Origin: Cirrosporium novae-zelandiae
Taxonomy: Eukaryota
DNA: 64,000 bases
Direction: 5' to 3'
Assembly: GCA_026023565.1 (NCBI GenBank)
Contig: JAPETS010000011.1
Coordinates: 62,001-126,000 of the forward strand
Below the pieces are notes generated by a model, which was given only the letters and a program-made list of their open reading frames with translations, did no database searches and had not been told where the DNA came from. Positions 23,401-35,958 of this stretch are shown here, piece by piece. The number at the start of each line of letters is the position of its first letter. The stretch's first letter is position 1. A program made the position numbers and the translations under genes.

Positions 23401-25851
23401 TCAAAGCCATCTCCACAACGAGATAACAGGGTTGAGGGGGAAGAAAAATTATATCTATTTTAACTAGACTTGACTTGACTGAATTGAACTAGATAGATAG
23501 ATAGATATATCCCCTCCCTTTTCCCCCCCCAAGCACCAAATCGATAGGCATCGTTCCCTCCTCTTCTCTCCCTCCTCATCTCTCCTATCCCTCTCCTCTA
23601 TAAAGATCTAGATTATTATAATAAATTTAATATATATATAGATTTATATAGTTAGTTAGTTAGTTATGAATTATTATAAAAAGGAGTAATCGAACGAGAG
23701 AGGGGGGACTAAATTAGACCCGGTGTGGTTTTCTATAGTTTATTTAGGTGTATATATGAATACATGTACATGTGCATGTGCCTTGGGGGCTTTATATAGG
23801 TAGGTAGGTAGGTAGGTTATATAGTTACTAGATATATCTTGACATCTTGATTATAATAATATATAGCTAGCACTTGATACATGATACCCCCTTAAGAAGT
23901 TTAAGAAAAAAAAAAAAAATCTTGATTTCTCTTTCTTTTTTTTTTCCCTCTATTTATATTTTTCTTTTCTTTTCTTTTCTTTTCTTTTGATATTCTAGGG
24001 AGAGAAGTTTTGAAAAACATTTCTGGAAAGTTTTTTTTTTTTTCAAATAAGAGAGAAAGAGAGAAAGAGAGAAAGAGATAAGAAAATTACAGTTGGTGGT
24101 TTTTATATGTTTATATATGTATGTATGTGTAGATAGGGGGGGGTATAGGTGTAGGAGAAATATGTATACGAGGAGGAGGAGAATAATGATTTAACATGCC
24201 ACCCCCTCCCACAAAATAGATAGATGGATAAGACGGATTAGATAAAAAAGACACCAGACAGATAAAATAGAAAAAATAGATATTATACAGTACTCTAACC
24301 ATCTAAACCAACTAACTAACCGTCTATCTAACTAGGACCTTTCCACCTTCTTTTCCCCCTTCTCCCCCTTCTCCCCTAAACCACATACCACATATTACAT
24401 GCCCCATATCTTCCCATAACCCATAACCCTCAGTCCCAAAACTTCCAGAAAAAAAATAAAAAAAATGGGATAGGGGGGTTAGGCTTGTATGTATGTATGT
24501 GTGTGGTTTTAAGATGAGATGAGAGAAAAGGAGAGGAGAGAAGGGAAGAAGAGGAAGGGGGGAAGAAAAAAAAAAAAGGATGGATAAGGTATTTTCTATT
24601 ATTCCTATTATCATCACTATACGATATACTCCTTATAACCTATCCTATACCCTTATAACCTATCCTATACCCTTACGTCTACACCCTACCCCTACAATCA
24701 ATCCCCCTTAGTCCATTCTTTTTCTCTTTCTCTTTCTCTTTTTTTCTTTCTTTCTCTTTTTTTTTTTTATAACAAACAAATAAATAAATAAAAGAAACCC
24801 CTTTTTTCTTCCTTTCTTCTTTTCTCCCCTTTCTCCCCTTTCTCCCCTCTCCCTCTTCAACCTCAATTCCCAGGACCAATTCTAATTTTTTTTTTTAGCT
24901 CGAAAATTTTTAATTTTATATTCTACAGCTCGAAAAAAAAAAAAAAAACTCGAACAACTCGATAATTAGAAAACTAAGGAAAACTTGAAGAAGGTGGGAT
25001 ATAGAATATTCTTATCCCACCTTCTTTTTTCTTTCTTTCTTTCTAATCTTATTGGTTCCCCTATCTTTTTTCTTCTTCCCATCTCGCCTTTTTCTTCCCT
25101 CTCTTATATTTCTCTAGTCTATATATTTAGAGATATAAACCTCTAGTACTCTTTCTCTTTCTTTTTTATCTCTTTCTCTTTTTTTTTTTTTTTTGCTAAG
25201 AGATGTGAGGATGTATATATAAAAAAAAAAAAAAAAGAGAAAAAAGAAATGGAGGGTTTGTAGTTGTTGTATTGGGATTGATGGAGAGAGAGAGAGGAGG
25301 GGAATGAATAAGTATTACCATACATATATCATATACCCTCCACCTTTCTTTCATTCTTTCATTCCTTCTCTTTTATAGCAGGTAAGTAGATAAACAAATA
25401 AACAAATAATAAAAAAACCCCATCCCCTTCCCATCTCATTCTTTCCTTCCTTTCTTCCTTCCTTCCTTCCTTCTTCTACCCCCGGTTCTCAAGGTCCCTC
25501 AGGATTCTCAAACCTTCAGATCCTATCCATCCAATCTCCCAATTCGAAAAATTTCCAACTTTCCACATACTTCTACAAACTCCAAAACTCCAGAACTCCT
25601 ACACAACCCCCTTTAAAAAATTTAAATATATATAAAAGTTAAAAAACTGAGAGGAAACTTAGAATACTAAAAATATTTATATTTTTATTTCCCCTTTTTT
25701 AGTCTGTTTTTTTTTTTTTTTTGCCTTCTTGTTAATTAAAATTAGGAAGAAGAAAGAAACAAAAAAAAAGCCATTACTTCCTCCGCTCATTTCTTGTTTT
25801 TTTTTTTTTTTAAATCTCGTTTATTGATTCGTTGGTTTATCCTCTATCTCC

Positions 25852-25888
<37 letters not shown>

Positions 25889-26750
25889 GAGATATTTTAG
25901 ATATGTATTCAGAGAGAGATATTAAGTTTTATATCTCTCTCTTTTCTCCCTTCTCTCCCCCCCCCCCTTCTCGCAAAAAAAATCTAGGAATTATATATAA
26001 CTGCCTCAAAAAATCAAATAGCACAAAGGAAATATATAAACATTATCAAATATACCGAACCACTCCCTCAGCCGTGGGAGAGAGGAGGAGGAGGAGGAGG
26101 AGGAGGAGAAAGGGATTTGGGATTTAGAACTTAGGGTTCAGGGTTTGGATTTTGATTTTGATATGGTGGATATACCTAGGTGAAAGAATAAAGGGAAAGA
26201 AAAAGGCAAAAAGAGAGAAAAAAAAAAAAAAAGGATAGGGAGTCAAGATTGTGCGTTGGGGAATTATTGATTTTTTTTTGTTTTTTTTTTTCCCAAGAAC
26301 GAAATGTATGAATATGTATGAATGGTTTAACTAAACTTTTTGGTTTTTTGGTGGTGTTGTTGAAAAAAAAAAAACCCCCCCAAGATAAGATATGGGAAAT
26401 AATATAGGGAGGGAGGTGATAAATAGGTAGGTAGGTAGGGTATAAAAGAAACAAAAGGGTTAAGGGTTAGTCTAATTAGATTGGTGGTTTTGTGGAGAAG
26501 AGAAGGGAGAAAAGAGAAAAGAAATATTAGGTAATTAAAGAGAGAGAGAGAGGGAATTTTATATCTATGTTCATGTTTGGTTGTAAAAAAAAAAAAAAAT
26601 CTATAGTCTATGATACGCTCGAATCATGTAGACAAAGCGTCTTTAATTCCCCGAGAAATAAATCAAATAATAAAAAAAAGGCCAGTTCTAAAAACCGAAC
26701 AATAAAAATAATAATGGTATATAAATGGCCAATGACCATGACCACGGCCG
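20500..26750. repeat. Gene-free AT-rich low-complexity tract with many microsatellites and homopolymers (T27, (GTT)n, (CT)n, (TAGG)n, (CATA)n, 20-bp duplication at 24631-24675)
   Basis: Only short, compositionally biased ORFs occur here. The repeats are read directly. Confidence 0.85.
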
Positions 26751-26754
26751 AAAA

Positions 26755-26865
26755 GTAGTGTAATGTAGTGTAGTGTAGTGTAGTGTAGTGTAAATGCAAG
26801 CGTAGTGTAAATGCAAGCGTAGTGTAAATGCAAGCGTAGTGTAATGCAAGCGTAGTGTAATGCAA
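26755..26865. repeat. Compound repeat: (GTAGT)n grading into 17/16-bp minisatellite GTAGTGTA(A)ATGCAAGC x~5
   Basis: Units at 26785, 26802 and 26819 (17 nt), 26836 (16 nt) and 26852 (partial). Confidence 0.92.
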
Positions 26866-27045
26866 CAAAGTGCGTATCATATGTATGGAGTATTAATCCA
26901 CATCCCGTTCGTTCAACCTGTATCATCTTCAAGTTCTCTTCTCCTCATTTATCGTCCCTCCTGTTCTCATTCCCTCCATCCCTCCATTCGTTAGCAAACA
27001 ACCCTCTCCTTCATTATTACATCACACATGAACAAGAATCCTTTA

Positions 27046-27355
27046 TTAACCGAAACTGTAACCCCCGGCACCTCCACCCCTACGTCCACCCCCCATTCCC
27101 TCAAATGGGGTTCCTCCAGCCGTCGAGAATGAAAATCCACCGGGTCTGGCACCACCTCCCATGCCACCCATGCCGCCCATTCCTCCACCCCCACCAAAGA
27201 GATTGAAGAGAATGTTTGGATCGATCGATGCTCCCCCCATTCCACCCATTCCTCCCATGCCGCCCATACCTCCGCCAAACATGTCGTTTGGATCTATGAG
27301 GTCGGCACCCGAGTCGTAACGAGCACGTTTTCTGTAGGGTTTTGTTAGTGATGAG

Positions 27356-27397
<42 letters not shown>

Positions 27398-29558
27398 ATA
27401 CTCTGGATCACTCAGCGTCTCATAGGCCTCTCCTATCTCCTTGAATCTATGTTCCGCTTCCTCATTATCTGGATTCTTATCCGGGTGCCATTTGATAGCT
27501 AATTTCCGATATGCCTTTTTAATATCATTGTCCCCAGCATCCTTCTCTATTCCCAATATCTTATAATAATCCTTCCGTTTGCTCTTCTTGAGTTCGAGTT
27601 CGGCGTTGCGTATGTCACGCTGAATGCCTGGCTCCGAAGGATTGGTTTCCTGAATACTTTGTAGTTCACGGATGGATTCTTCCCAGTCACCAGATTCACC
27701 AAAGGCTTTGGCACGAGTTTTACGCGCCTTGAGGTAATTTGGATCAAGATCCAGGGCTCTATTGCAGTCAGAGATGGCCGACTGATAGTCTTTTAACTAT
27801 AAAGCACGCACCTGTAAGCGTAAGCAAAAACGAAGAACGAAAAAAAAAAATACCTTGATAGACGCCATAGCTCTGTTCTGCAATATCTTTGAATTTGTTA
27901 TCCGGCTGGTCGTATCTACTTCCAACGCCTGTCCATACAGCTTCACTGCCTCTTGGTACCTTCCTTGCTTGAACGCCGTATTACCTGCCTCTTTTAACCG
28001 ATCCAACTTCTGTACTTTTCTTAAATACTTGACCGCTTCTCGGAAATCTGGATCTCCTGCCAACGCCTGCTTGAAATGTCTGATTGCTTGTTCATTCTCT
28101 CCCTGTGCTGCAAAGGCTCGGCCTCGCAACACAAGCGCCTCTGGATCTTGGTTATTTTGCCGTAGGAGAGACATGGTAAGATTCTGAGCCTCTCCAATGG
28201 CATTTGCATTACCCATCTTCAGGTATGCTTCGCCTCTCATGAGGATCCATTTTCGTGGTCGATCCACTCCAGGACCGAGTTCCTTTTCCGCTTGATCGAG
28301 ACTGTATATTACCAACGAGCCACCGGTTCCCTCCCTCAGTGCATTCTCCGCCTGGCGTAGGTGCTCTTGCATATGCGATGCGGGTGCTCGGTCTGTGGCA
28401 GATACGGAGGGTTTGATTTGTGAAAGAGTTTCAAGGGCTTCCGACGGCCGGCCAAGTTTGGTCTGGATACGAGCAAGACGGTGGAGAATTTTTTCATTTG
28501 CAGGATCAAGTGGAAGGGCATCTTGACAATCATTCAGGGCTTTCTGGAATTGGTTGTCGCTCATGTACGCCGCAGCACGGTTGGAAAGATAGATGGCCGA
28601 GTTAGGATTTGCGGCGACGGCTAGATGGACAGTCAGTGAGGGAGCAAGGTTGGAGAGCAGGTGGGGTACCTTTGCTGTATTCTTCAATTGCTCGCTTGTA
28701 ATCTTTGGCTTTGAAGAATTTGTTCCCGGCAGCCTTGAAGGTCTCTGCCTCTGGAGAATCCATCTTGGTGTTCTGTGATTTGGTTGGGTATGACCTCGAA
28801 GATTGTGATCTGGTCGGGTGCAGCTGTGGTTTCACAGACCTCGGAGCAGGGCTGGCCGAGTGAGAGTGTCTGTGCGGTGGAGGGATGGGATTAAAATCGG
28901 TGCCGTTCAGGGAATTGCGTACGGCACCAGGATGAGGAGAGGAATCTTTGGTAGGTGAAGATTGATTTTGTCGTGCAAAGTATGAAGGTTCAGACGGCTC
29001 AGTTTCCATTGGTGTAGTCTTGACGGAGCGGTCACGGTTGCGGTCACGGTCACGGTCACGGTCAGCACCAGGAGCAAAAGCAGCTTTGGCGGATCCAGAT
29101 AAGGCAGATAGCCGGTGTAGCTGGTCAGGGGGTAGATTTAAAGGATGGTCGTTTTTTGGATCGAAATCGCGGGAATTGTGACGGGACGCCTTGCGTGGAG
29201 ATTTATCCTTGGCGGGAGATGTCCGACCAGAAGAACCTGGTGGAACCGGTGGAACAGGAATGGAAGGACCAGTTTTCGGAAAAGTCTTACTGGAGCGGAC
29301 TGAAGAAGGCTTTGGAGGGGACTTGGAAGGGGATCTGGGAGGCGACCCTTCTTGCTGGGCCCGGTGTGGATGCGGATGCGGGTGTGAAGTCGATGGCCGA
29401 GGGAAATGCTGAGGAGGAGGGGACGAAACTTTCCGTTTATCCTCCTCCGAATCGTTGAAATCTCTGAAATCTCTGCTTGAATCTCTGCTCGAATCTCTTT
29501 CGTGAGAGCTAACCTTGGTCTTTTTGGGAGATTTTTGGAAGAGCTTTGGCAGCACCAT
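27046..29558 (-). CDS. TPR-repeat + DnaJ domain co-chaperone (DNAJC7/Tpr2 type); ~778 aa, 4 exons (29558-28670, 28620-27854, 27796-27402, 27331-27046)
   Basis: TPR helices ([35 protein letters not shown]), J-domain with HPD (KWHPDKNP...[14 protein letters not shown]) and a G/M/F-rich tail. Three GT-AG introns (49, 57 and 70 nt) join in frame. Confidence 0.93.
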
Positions 29559-30256
29559 TGAATCAAGAATCGTCAGAAGGAATGGGAAAACAATCGACCA
29601 GACTTTTTGGTACGGTTAGGCTGGGGGAGGTGGATGGTGGTAGAGAAGACTGTGGACTGTGGTGGACTGTGGTGGACTGGACTGGACTGTCAGACTGTTA
29701 CTGTTTCATGCAGCCAGACGAGCCAGACGAGCCAGACGAGAGGTCAAGTCGATTTGTGGTTGGAAAATAGGTTGGGATGTTCCTTCGTTGACTCTTCAGC
29801 GATAATCCATGAGGTTGTTTCTGGTGCAAGAACAAAAATAAAATAAAAAATAAAATTCAAAAAAAAAAACAAGAGGTGCCTCTGGGGGGGGTTTTTTTCA
29901 AGATCAAGTTTATTTAAACAAACATGAAACTGGCACTATTGTTTTGTTTTTTATTTTTTATTTTTTATTTTATTTTGTTTTTTTTATTATTATTTTAATT
30001 TCTAGAAAAAGTAGTTGTTGGATGTTAGTTATCTATTTCTTTTTGGGGGGGGACCTTTCAGCTGGTACGCGACGCCGAGCCAGACAGAAGCCACCAGATG
30101 AACTTCGCTTTTTAGTGCCAACTACCCACCAACTACCACCAACTACCCACCAACTACCCACCAACTACCTTTCTCTGTCACCGTCATTTTCTTTTCGCTA
30201 TTAAACCTATCAAACACTCAAAACGTTACTAGACTGACTCCTTCGCCATACAGTTC

Positions 30257-30269
30257 TTCGAGAACCTTC
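30257..30269. promoter_or_regulatory. Perfect three-unit heat-shock element (TTCnnGAAnnTTC)
   Basis: Sequence TTCGAGAACCTTC lies ~700 bp upstream of the TPR-DnaJ start. A two-unit TTCTAGAA also occurs at 30000-30007. Confidence 0.45.
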
Positions 30270-30326
30270 TATATATCATTTTCTGTATTTCCATCATTCC
30301 CTCCATCAACATGACACATCGCTGGT

Positions 30327-30380
30327 CAATCACTCCAATCACTCCAATCACTCCAATCACTCCAATCACTCCAATCACTC
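30327..30380. repeat. (CAATCACTC)x6 minisatellite
   Basis: Read directly, with degenerate copies continuing to ~30430. Confidence 0.92.
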
Positions 30381-30678
30381 AATCTCACTCATTCAATCGC
30401 TCACTCAACCACTCACTCAATCACTCAATCCATTTCATCCAATCTATGGTAAACATATTCAACGAGATTCGTCCCGATAATCATACATCCAATGTAGTCA
30501 CCGTAATATCCTACAAACCAAAGGAAATTCATGTCTCTCCCTCATTAAAAAAACTCCCAGTCCTTGCCTTTTGCCGATGCTTATCTGGTCATGACAAATG
30601 TCAATTCCCCCGCCTAGCCTTTTTGTTTCCACCCCCTGTCAATGCAGTCATCCCATATCCATGTAGGCCAACCCAGCC

Positions 30679-32604
30679 TCACATTATTGCCGACAGCCTC
30701 TGCAGTGGAGACACATTATTAACCCCAGAGGATGTCGATGATGTTTCTTCACCAACTGTAGAGCTGTTGGACAGCGCTGGTGTCGGTGGTTCTAATTTGG
30801 GTCGGCTTGCCGGCCGAGAGTAACTGTTATCTCGTCTCCTCTTGGGAGCATCTTTGATCTTGGTATGCGTATGGCACTAGAATCGTTAGCTAGAATTCTT
30901 AGACGGTCTAGATATTCTACAAACCTTGTATGCGTGCCTGAACCAAGTCGTCCCCTTCTTCTTGCTGCTGATCAGAGCAACCCAATCCCCGCATCCTCCG
31001 CAGAGGCCTTCCCAGACATCCGTACTACCTTCCATTGGCCTCGTCTCTTTGGGCCCATCGAAAGAGCACCCGGTCGTTGCACTGACTCCATGTGAGAAGC
31101 TCTTGTCGTACCAGAACGCCGAGTTCTTCAGCACAAGCCACCGACCGGGCTTGCAGATGCCACACCATCCTTCGCGCTTGTTGCCATGACCTCGGACCCA
31201 TTTAGGCGTATACAGATCATTCTTGAAGCGAAGGTCTTGCTCATGAGGGACCAGATCAGGATTATCGGGGTTCAAGTCTTCGGGTGGTGGCTCGAGAGGA
31301 GTCTCCTGCAGAGGGCCAAAGAGATCTGGAGGCTCCGTGAGATCTCCAAACGTGTCAAAATTATCAAGAACGTCTGCGTTGCTGTGCAGAGTCTTGAACG
31401 AGGCATTGGAATCCAGAAGGTGTATATTATTAAAAAAGTTTGACGAATCAAAAGAAGAGGGCATCAGAAGTGAATTTTGGAAACGTGCCGTCGGTCCGGT
31501 TATCGATGGTCTCCTCTCTTGGGACCTCGTGGGGTACAGGTTGCTGTTCGGTGTGGCTGGAGACGATTGACGGCCTGCAAAGGCGGGTAAGGAATGGGGC
31601 ATGTCAGCTGGAGTATAGGATATCGAAGGATCTCTTCGTGACGGGGACGTGTTGCATGAGTTGAGAGGCCATCGCTTGCCTCGCGTTCTATCCAAGGAAT
31701 AGGGGGCTGTTCGCATGTTATTGCGGGAGGGGGAAGCACCGGGGGCGTTTGTCGTCCGCATGATGTCCTGGTGGAAATATCGTGATGATGGTTCTGCTGA
31801 TAGAGGTGTTGCCGTGTTCAATGAGCTTAATGGTGTAAAATCGGATCGGTAGGAGGGTACTTCGGAAAAGGCAGACAGGTCCGAAACGTCGGCTACCGGA
31901 CCACAGCTTGACATGGAGTAGGTCGATGAGGAAAATCGCCTCCCGAGATTGGTATCCAGACTCAATGCATCGTTTTTATCTGAGCCGGAGAAATTGGCAA
32001 TGTTAAAGATTGGTGCATTCTCGTCCAACGAATCCAGGCCCAGGTCTGTACCGAAGGCCGGATCAAAAGAAGGAAACTCGTCCAGATCACCAAACCCTTT
32101 ACCTTGGAAAGCAGGTACGCAATTGTAAGCATTTCCGGGTGGCAAGCGATTTAGTGCAAGCTTGCCTGCATCTAATGGCGGTCCAATGTCCAATGTCTCC
32201 TTTTTAGGAGCGGGAGTCGGTGAGGTGGATGCCGGTGGCTTTGGCGGGTGAACGTTGTACGTATTCCAGACAGCGGGATTAGGATAGTTCTCGGAATATT
32301 GGGGCATGTATGCCCTTCTCTGGATCATTCTTGCTTGGTTTGGTGGACACCATGTTGACGTCGTGGGTGCACACGGTAACCTGGTGGACAAACCCAGAGA
32401 ATTCATCGTATTCAGAGAAGAGTTTGACATATTCATATTGGACGATGCCGTCCCAACTGACTGGTTCATACTCGGATATTGTGGTGATTGTTCCAAATGT
32501 GACGAGGGCCACTGGGAACTATATTCTCCGTCACAATTAGCACGCCGGGTCACAAAAACGAGGACACGAGCTAGGACGAACCGTCGAAAGATCTGGCCTT
32601 CCAT
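30679..32604 (-). CDS. Rua1 C-terminal domain (DUF4451) putative transcription regulator, Meu26-like
   Basis: Conserved block DLYTPKWVRGHGNKREGWCGICKPGRWLVLKNSAFWYDKSFSHG...WEGLCGGC..WFRHAYK/CH. Intron 30924-30877 (GTTTGT..GCTAAC..CTAG) adds a last exon ending at TGA 30679. A probable in-frame 63-nt intron lies at 32581-32519. The true 5' end is uncertain. Confidence 0.85.
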
Positions 32605-34693
32605 TCCCGTCTAGACACGAGTCTCCTTATCCCCTGGCGTTGTCCGTGACCAGGCTGTCAACCATGTGTCCTACCTGAGGGAAGCAAGGGTAGAGAATCC
32701 AGCTCGGACTATCCGAGTTCTGGGAAGCAAGGGAGCGACAAGTTTTCCAAGCACGGGTAACGCAAAACGAATGGCAGGAAGGTCCCAAAGCCTCCAACAT
32801 GCGCAATGGACACCAGATAGGCAAAAGACAGCACCGATCAAGGTCCTATTTAAATATAGCCGCAGATATCCGCTTGATGCAGAAATGCTTCAGCTCCACG
32901 GATTGTGAGTGGATTCTTACGAGGCAGGCGACAACGAAGTAAAGAGCGACTTTTGAGAAACAAGGAGTACAGCAAGGTCAGAAGAGGAATTATGATCCAA
33001 GATAAACTGATCCAAGAAGGAGATCGCGGAGTGCAGGGCAGATGTAGTGGAGAGGTAGTCTCTGCCAAGAAAACAGCCCCAACGTTAGACACACCTAGAG
33101 CCTGGTTCGTTCTCAAGCAGTAGCGCGCAAAAGAAGCTTGTTGTCTGGAGTCTAAGGCTCTAAAAGACGGTGTCGCATCATCAGCCATGGGAAGCCCATC
33201 AGCGGTTAGCGGGTCGGTAACAACTAATAACGCTCCCATCTTTCTGGGGAAGTTGGAGTCAAAGATCTATGACCTGACTGGCTTGTACAGACGAACAACT
33301 TCAGCGAAATCTTCAGCTCCAAAGGTAACTACTAAGGAGTAATTGATCATTTCTTGCGCTGGATTAGGGAAGAAGGTTTCATTCTTCCAATGCCTAAGCC
33401 TCAGGCAATGAAAATTTTTATCCGATGCGGTATCATTTGACTTTGAGAGCCACACGGGAGGTAGGACGGAAGGGGAGCTTGTCCATCTTAGGAACAGGGG
33501 GGGGTGGCTTACAGGACCACTCCTGGAGAGCCTGGGTTGAATCCTAAGAAGGGGTCTTGTAAAGGTTAGTTGGATTGGGAAAATCATGATGAATAATATT
33601 ATCGTGATAACAGGCACGGACTGGTTTCAGGTCCGTCCCAGGGGTTCAACGGTGAAGGTGCAACTTTGGCTGCAGTCAAATCATGGAAGATCGGGGGGTG
33701 AAGCGGAAAAGAGACTGGACTTCATTGGGTTGGAGAATGAGGAATGGAGAATTGAGAGGGCAAGATGAGCGATGTGAGAAGTGGCGTGCAGCAAGAAAGC
33801 TGTAATAAGGTAGTGGGTAAGTAATGGAGAGGTACTGGTAGTGAGTTAGAGTAGATCATGTAGACCACGTAGACGGGGTGGTGGGTTGGATTGAACGGGC
33901 GAAAGACGGAGCGACGGGGGACGTCACAGATCTGATAATGAAACCCGTATTTGTTCGCTTATTCTTCCCAGGCCACTTGACTAACTCCCCGCTTATGGTT
34001 AAACCCTTTTTTAAAGTCTTGTTCTTTTGTATTTTTGTAAATCTCCAATTGCAATAGCAAAACACAAGGGTACTCGAATACTTGGGATGAATTAAGACAT
34101 TTAAAAGACCCAATTCTTTTCTTGGCCTAAGCAACTAAGCGACGAGCCTAGGCTTTAGTGTTTTTTTTTTCTCATTCTTTTTTTTTTTCTTCTCACACAT
34201 ACACACGAGACAAATATTTTTAAAACGAAAAGGGTTGTTGTTGGTGGAGAAGTGGAGAACCGAGACAATAGAAGTATAGGATGGAATATCATAAATATCA
34301 ACTTGTCAGCATCATCTTCTTTTTTTTTCTTCAACAACAGGACCATGTGTTCTGGGACGTTAGACGCTGCAACTGAGGGGTTCAACATGGACAGGGGATA
34401 CGGGAGTGACAGGGAGCCAGCCATTCATTTAAAGTACCTTGATGGTACCTGTCGTCATACTGCCATTTCCTCCCATATTCAAGGATCTTCCAGGTATCAA
34501 ATACCAAGCTCAATAGTTTGTGACTTTAATTTGTCCTACCCATTTAGTATCGTAAATATCAAGTACGGTACAGTTAGTCTGTATAGAAGCACCGTTTAGT
34601 CTCTTGGCATCATCATCACTAATTACGATTCTCCACTGAAATGGTACCAACTGAATACGAGTGCGAGATACCTTTGGATTGGTCGTGGCCCTC

Positions 34694-34775
34694 AGATACC
34701 CACAGATACACCACAGATACACCACAGATACACAGATACACAGATACACAGATACACAGGTACACAAATACACAT
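34694..34775. repeat. (AGATACAC)n degenerate octamer repeat
   Basis: Read directly. Confidence 0.88.
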
Positions 34776-35958
34776 ATAGACCACAACACACACACAACCA
34801 ACACACACGTGCCAAATCTCTCGATTTACTTCTGTCAAAAACCCTATTCTCTCCATGCTTTATTGGACCTGTCCTTGCTGTTTCACCATCCACGCTCAAC
34901 ATTGCACGACATCAGATGGTCCGAACGACCCCTTTCATCCTTGCTAAGTTTTCGCCCCACCTATACCAACTTCAGCCTTCATCATTAATCTTCTGGTTAT
35001 GCTTTTCCACCATCTATTTGCTCTCTTGAACAAGAGACCCGGAACTTCTCATTGATTCCCTTTTCATTTGAATTCACTTCTGCAAACTAAACCTATCGTT
35101 TCAAATTGTACCTTGCTTACCCTCAGGTCCCAATCCCAAGGGACAGAGGTCGCTATCCCGTCGTTCTACCCAAAGACTGTGATGCTTTTTTATACATTCG
35201 ATATCATTGAAAGTTACAGACCCCCAGTGAACCAATTATCACCCTCCGACTTCCATTACAATCAAAATCTAGAGGTCATGTATTCTATCCAGACCAATTA
35301 TCCATGACATTTACACTTCTCCCCCTCGCACCATTCACCCCCTTCTGTAAGGTACGCAATATAAAGTCAAAATAGTACGGAGTAGACTTTGGATCCCACA
35401 GATTAGACATTATTACGAGCTCTCCTGAGTACATTCATCCAAAATTGCTGAATCTCATTTCCGACACATGGGCCTTCATTGCAGCAGGAATATAATCCCG
35501 AAGTTTCCAGACAAAATTAGCGGCTCAGCGGTTTTGATAGGCCCGAATCGTTGTTTAAGGTGGTCAGCGAATTGGCCCAGAATAGGAGTCCCGGTCGAAA
35601 GCCACCAGACCCATCAGGCCACCTTTGGCGTCGCTGCCTTGTCCTCATGCCGTTATGAGAGTGGCTGTAGGGATGAAAAGGTGGTGGCAAGTGGCCTTGC
35701 CTTTGACCGCCATCCTCGGCAGTTGCAGTTCTGTACCTGGCCAGACGAGACCAGTTGAAAAAGAGCATCTCTTATTACCTCTATAATAACCAAAAGGCTA
35801 TAGTTAAAAGTCAAATAGAAAAGAACAGATATCATGAAGTCCTCTGACAGCCTTCGACCAGGAACACCGAAGCCTCTAAGTCCGATGTATTTATTTTTTG
35901 CGGATAAAACTGGGTGTTGGAAGTCGTTCGCCCGAACAGTATACTTGATTACATTGCG

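Noticed and set aside
26130..26470. TTAGGG-like words
   Set aside because: Isolated degenerate copies rather than a telomeric array.
26755..26865. CRISPR-like or CACTA-transposon-end interpretation of the 17-bp repeat
   Set aside because: Units are head-to-tail with no spacers, the genome is eukaryotic, and there is no transposase or paired terminal inverted repeat.
20999..26932. Numerous 60-115 aa ORFs in the AT-rich tract
   Set aside because: Low-complexity translations (poly-F/K/Y/I) of microsatellites and homopolymers.
30311..30823. 170-aa + strand ORF with ITP repeats
   Set aside because: It arises from the 9-bp minisatellite and overlaps the last exon of the Rua1-like gene in antisense.
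34510..35029. Several 115-130 aa ORFs on both strands
   Set aside because: They are open only because of the AGATACAC/CA repeats and have no protein-like features.
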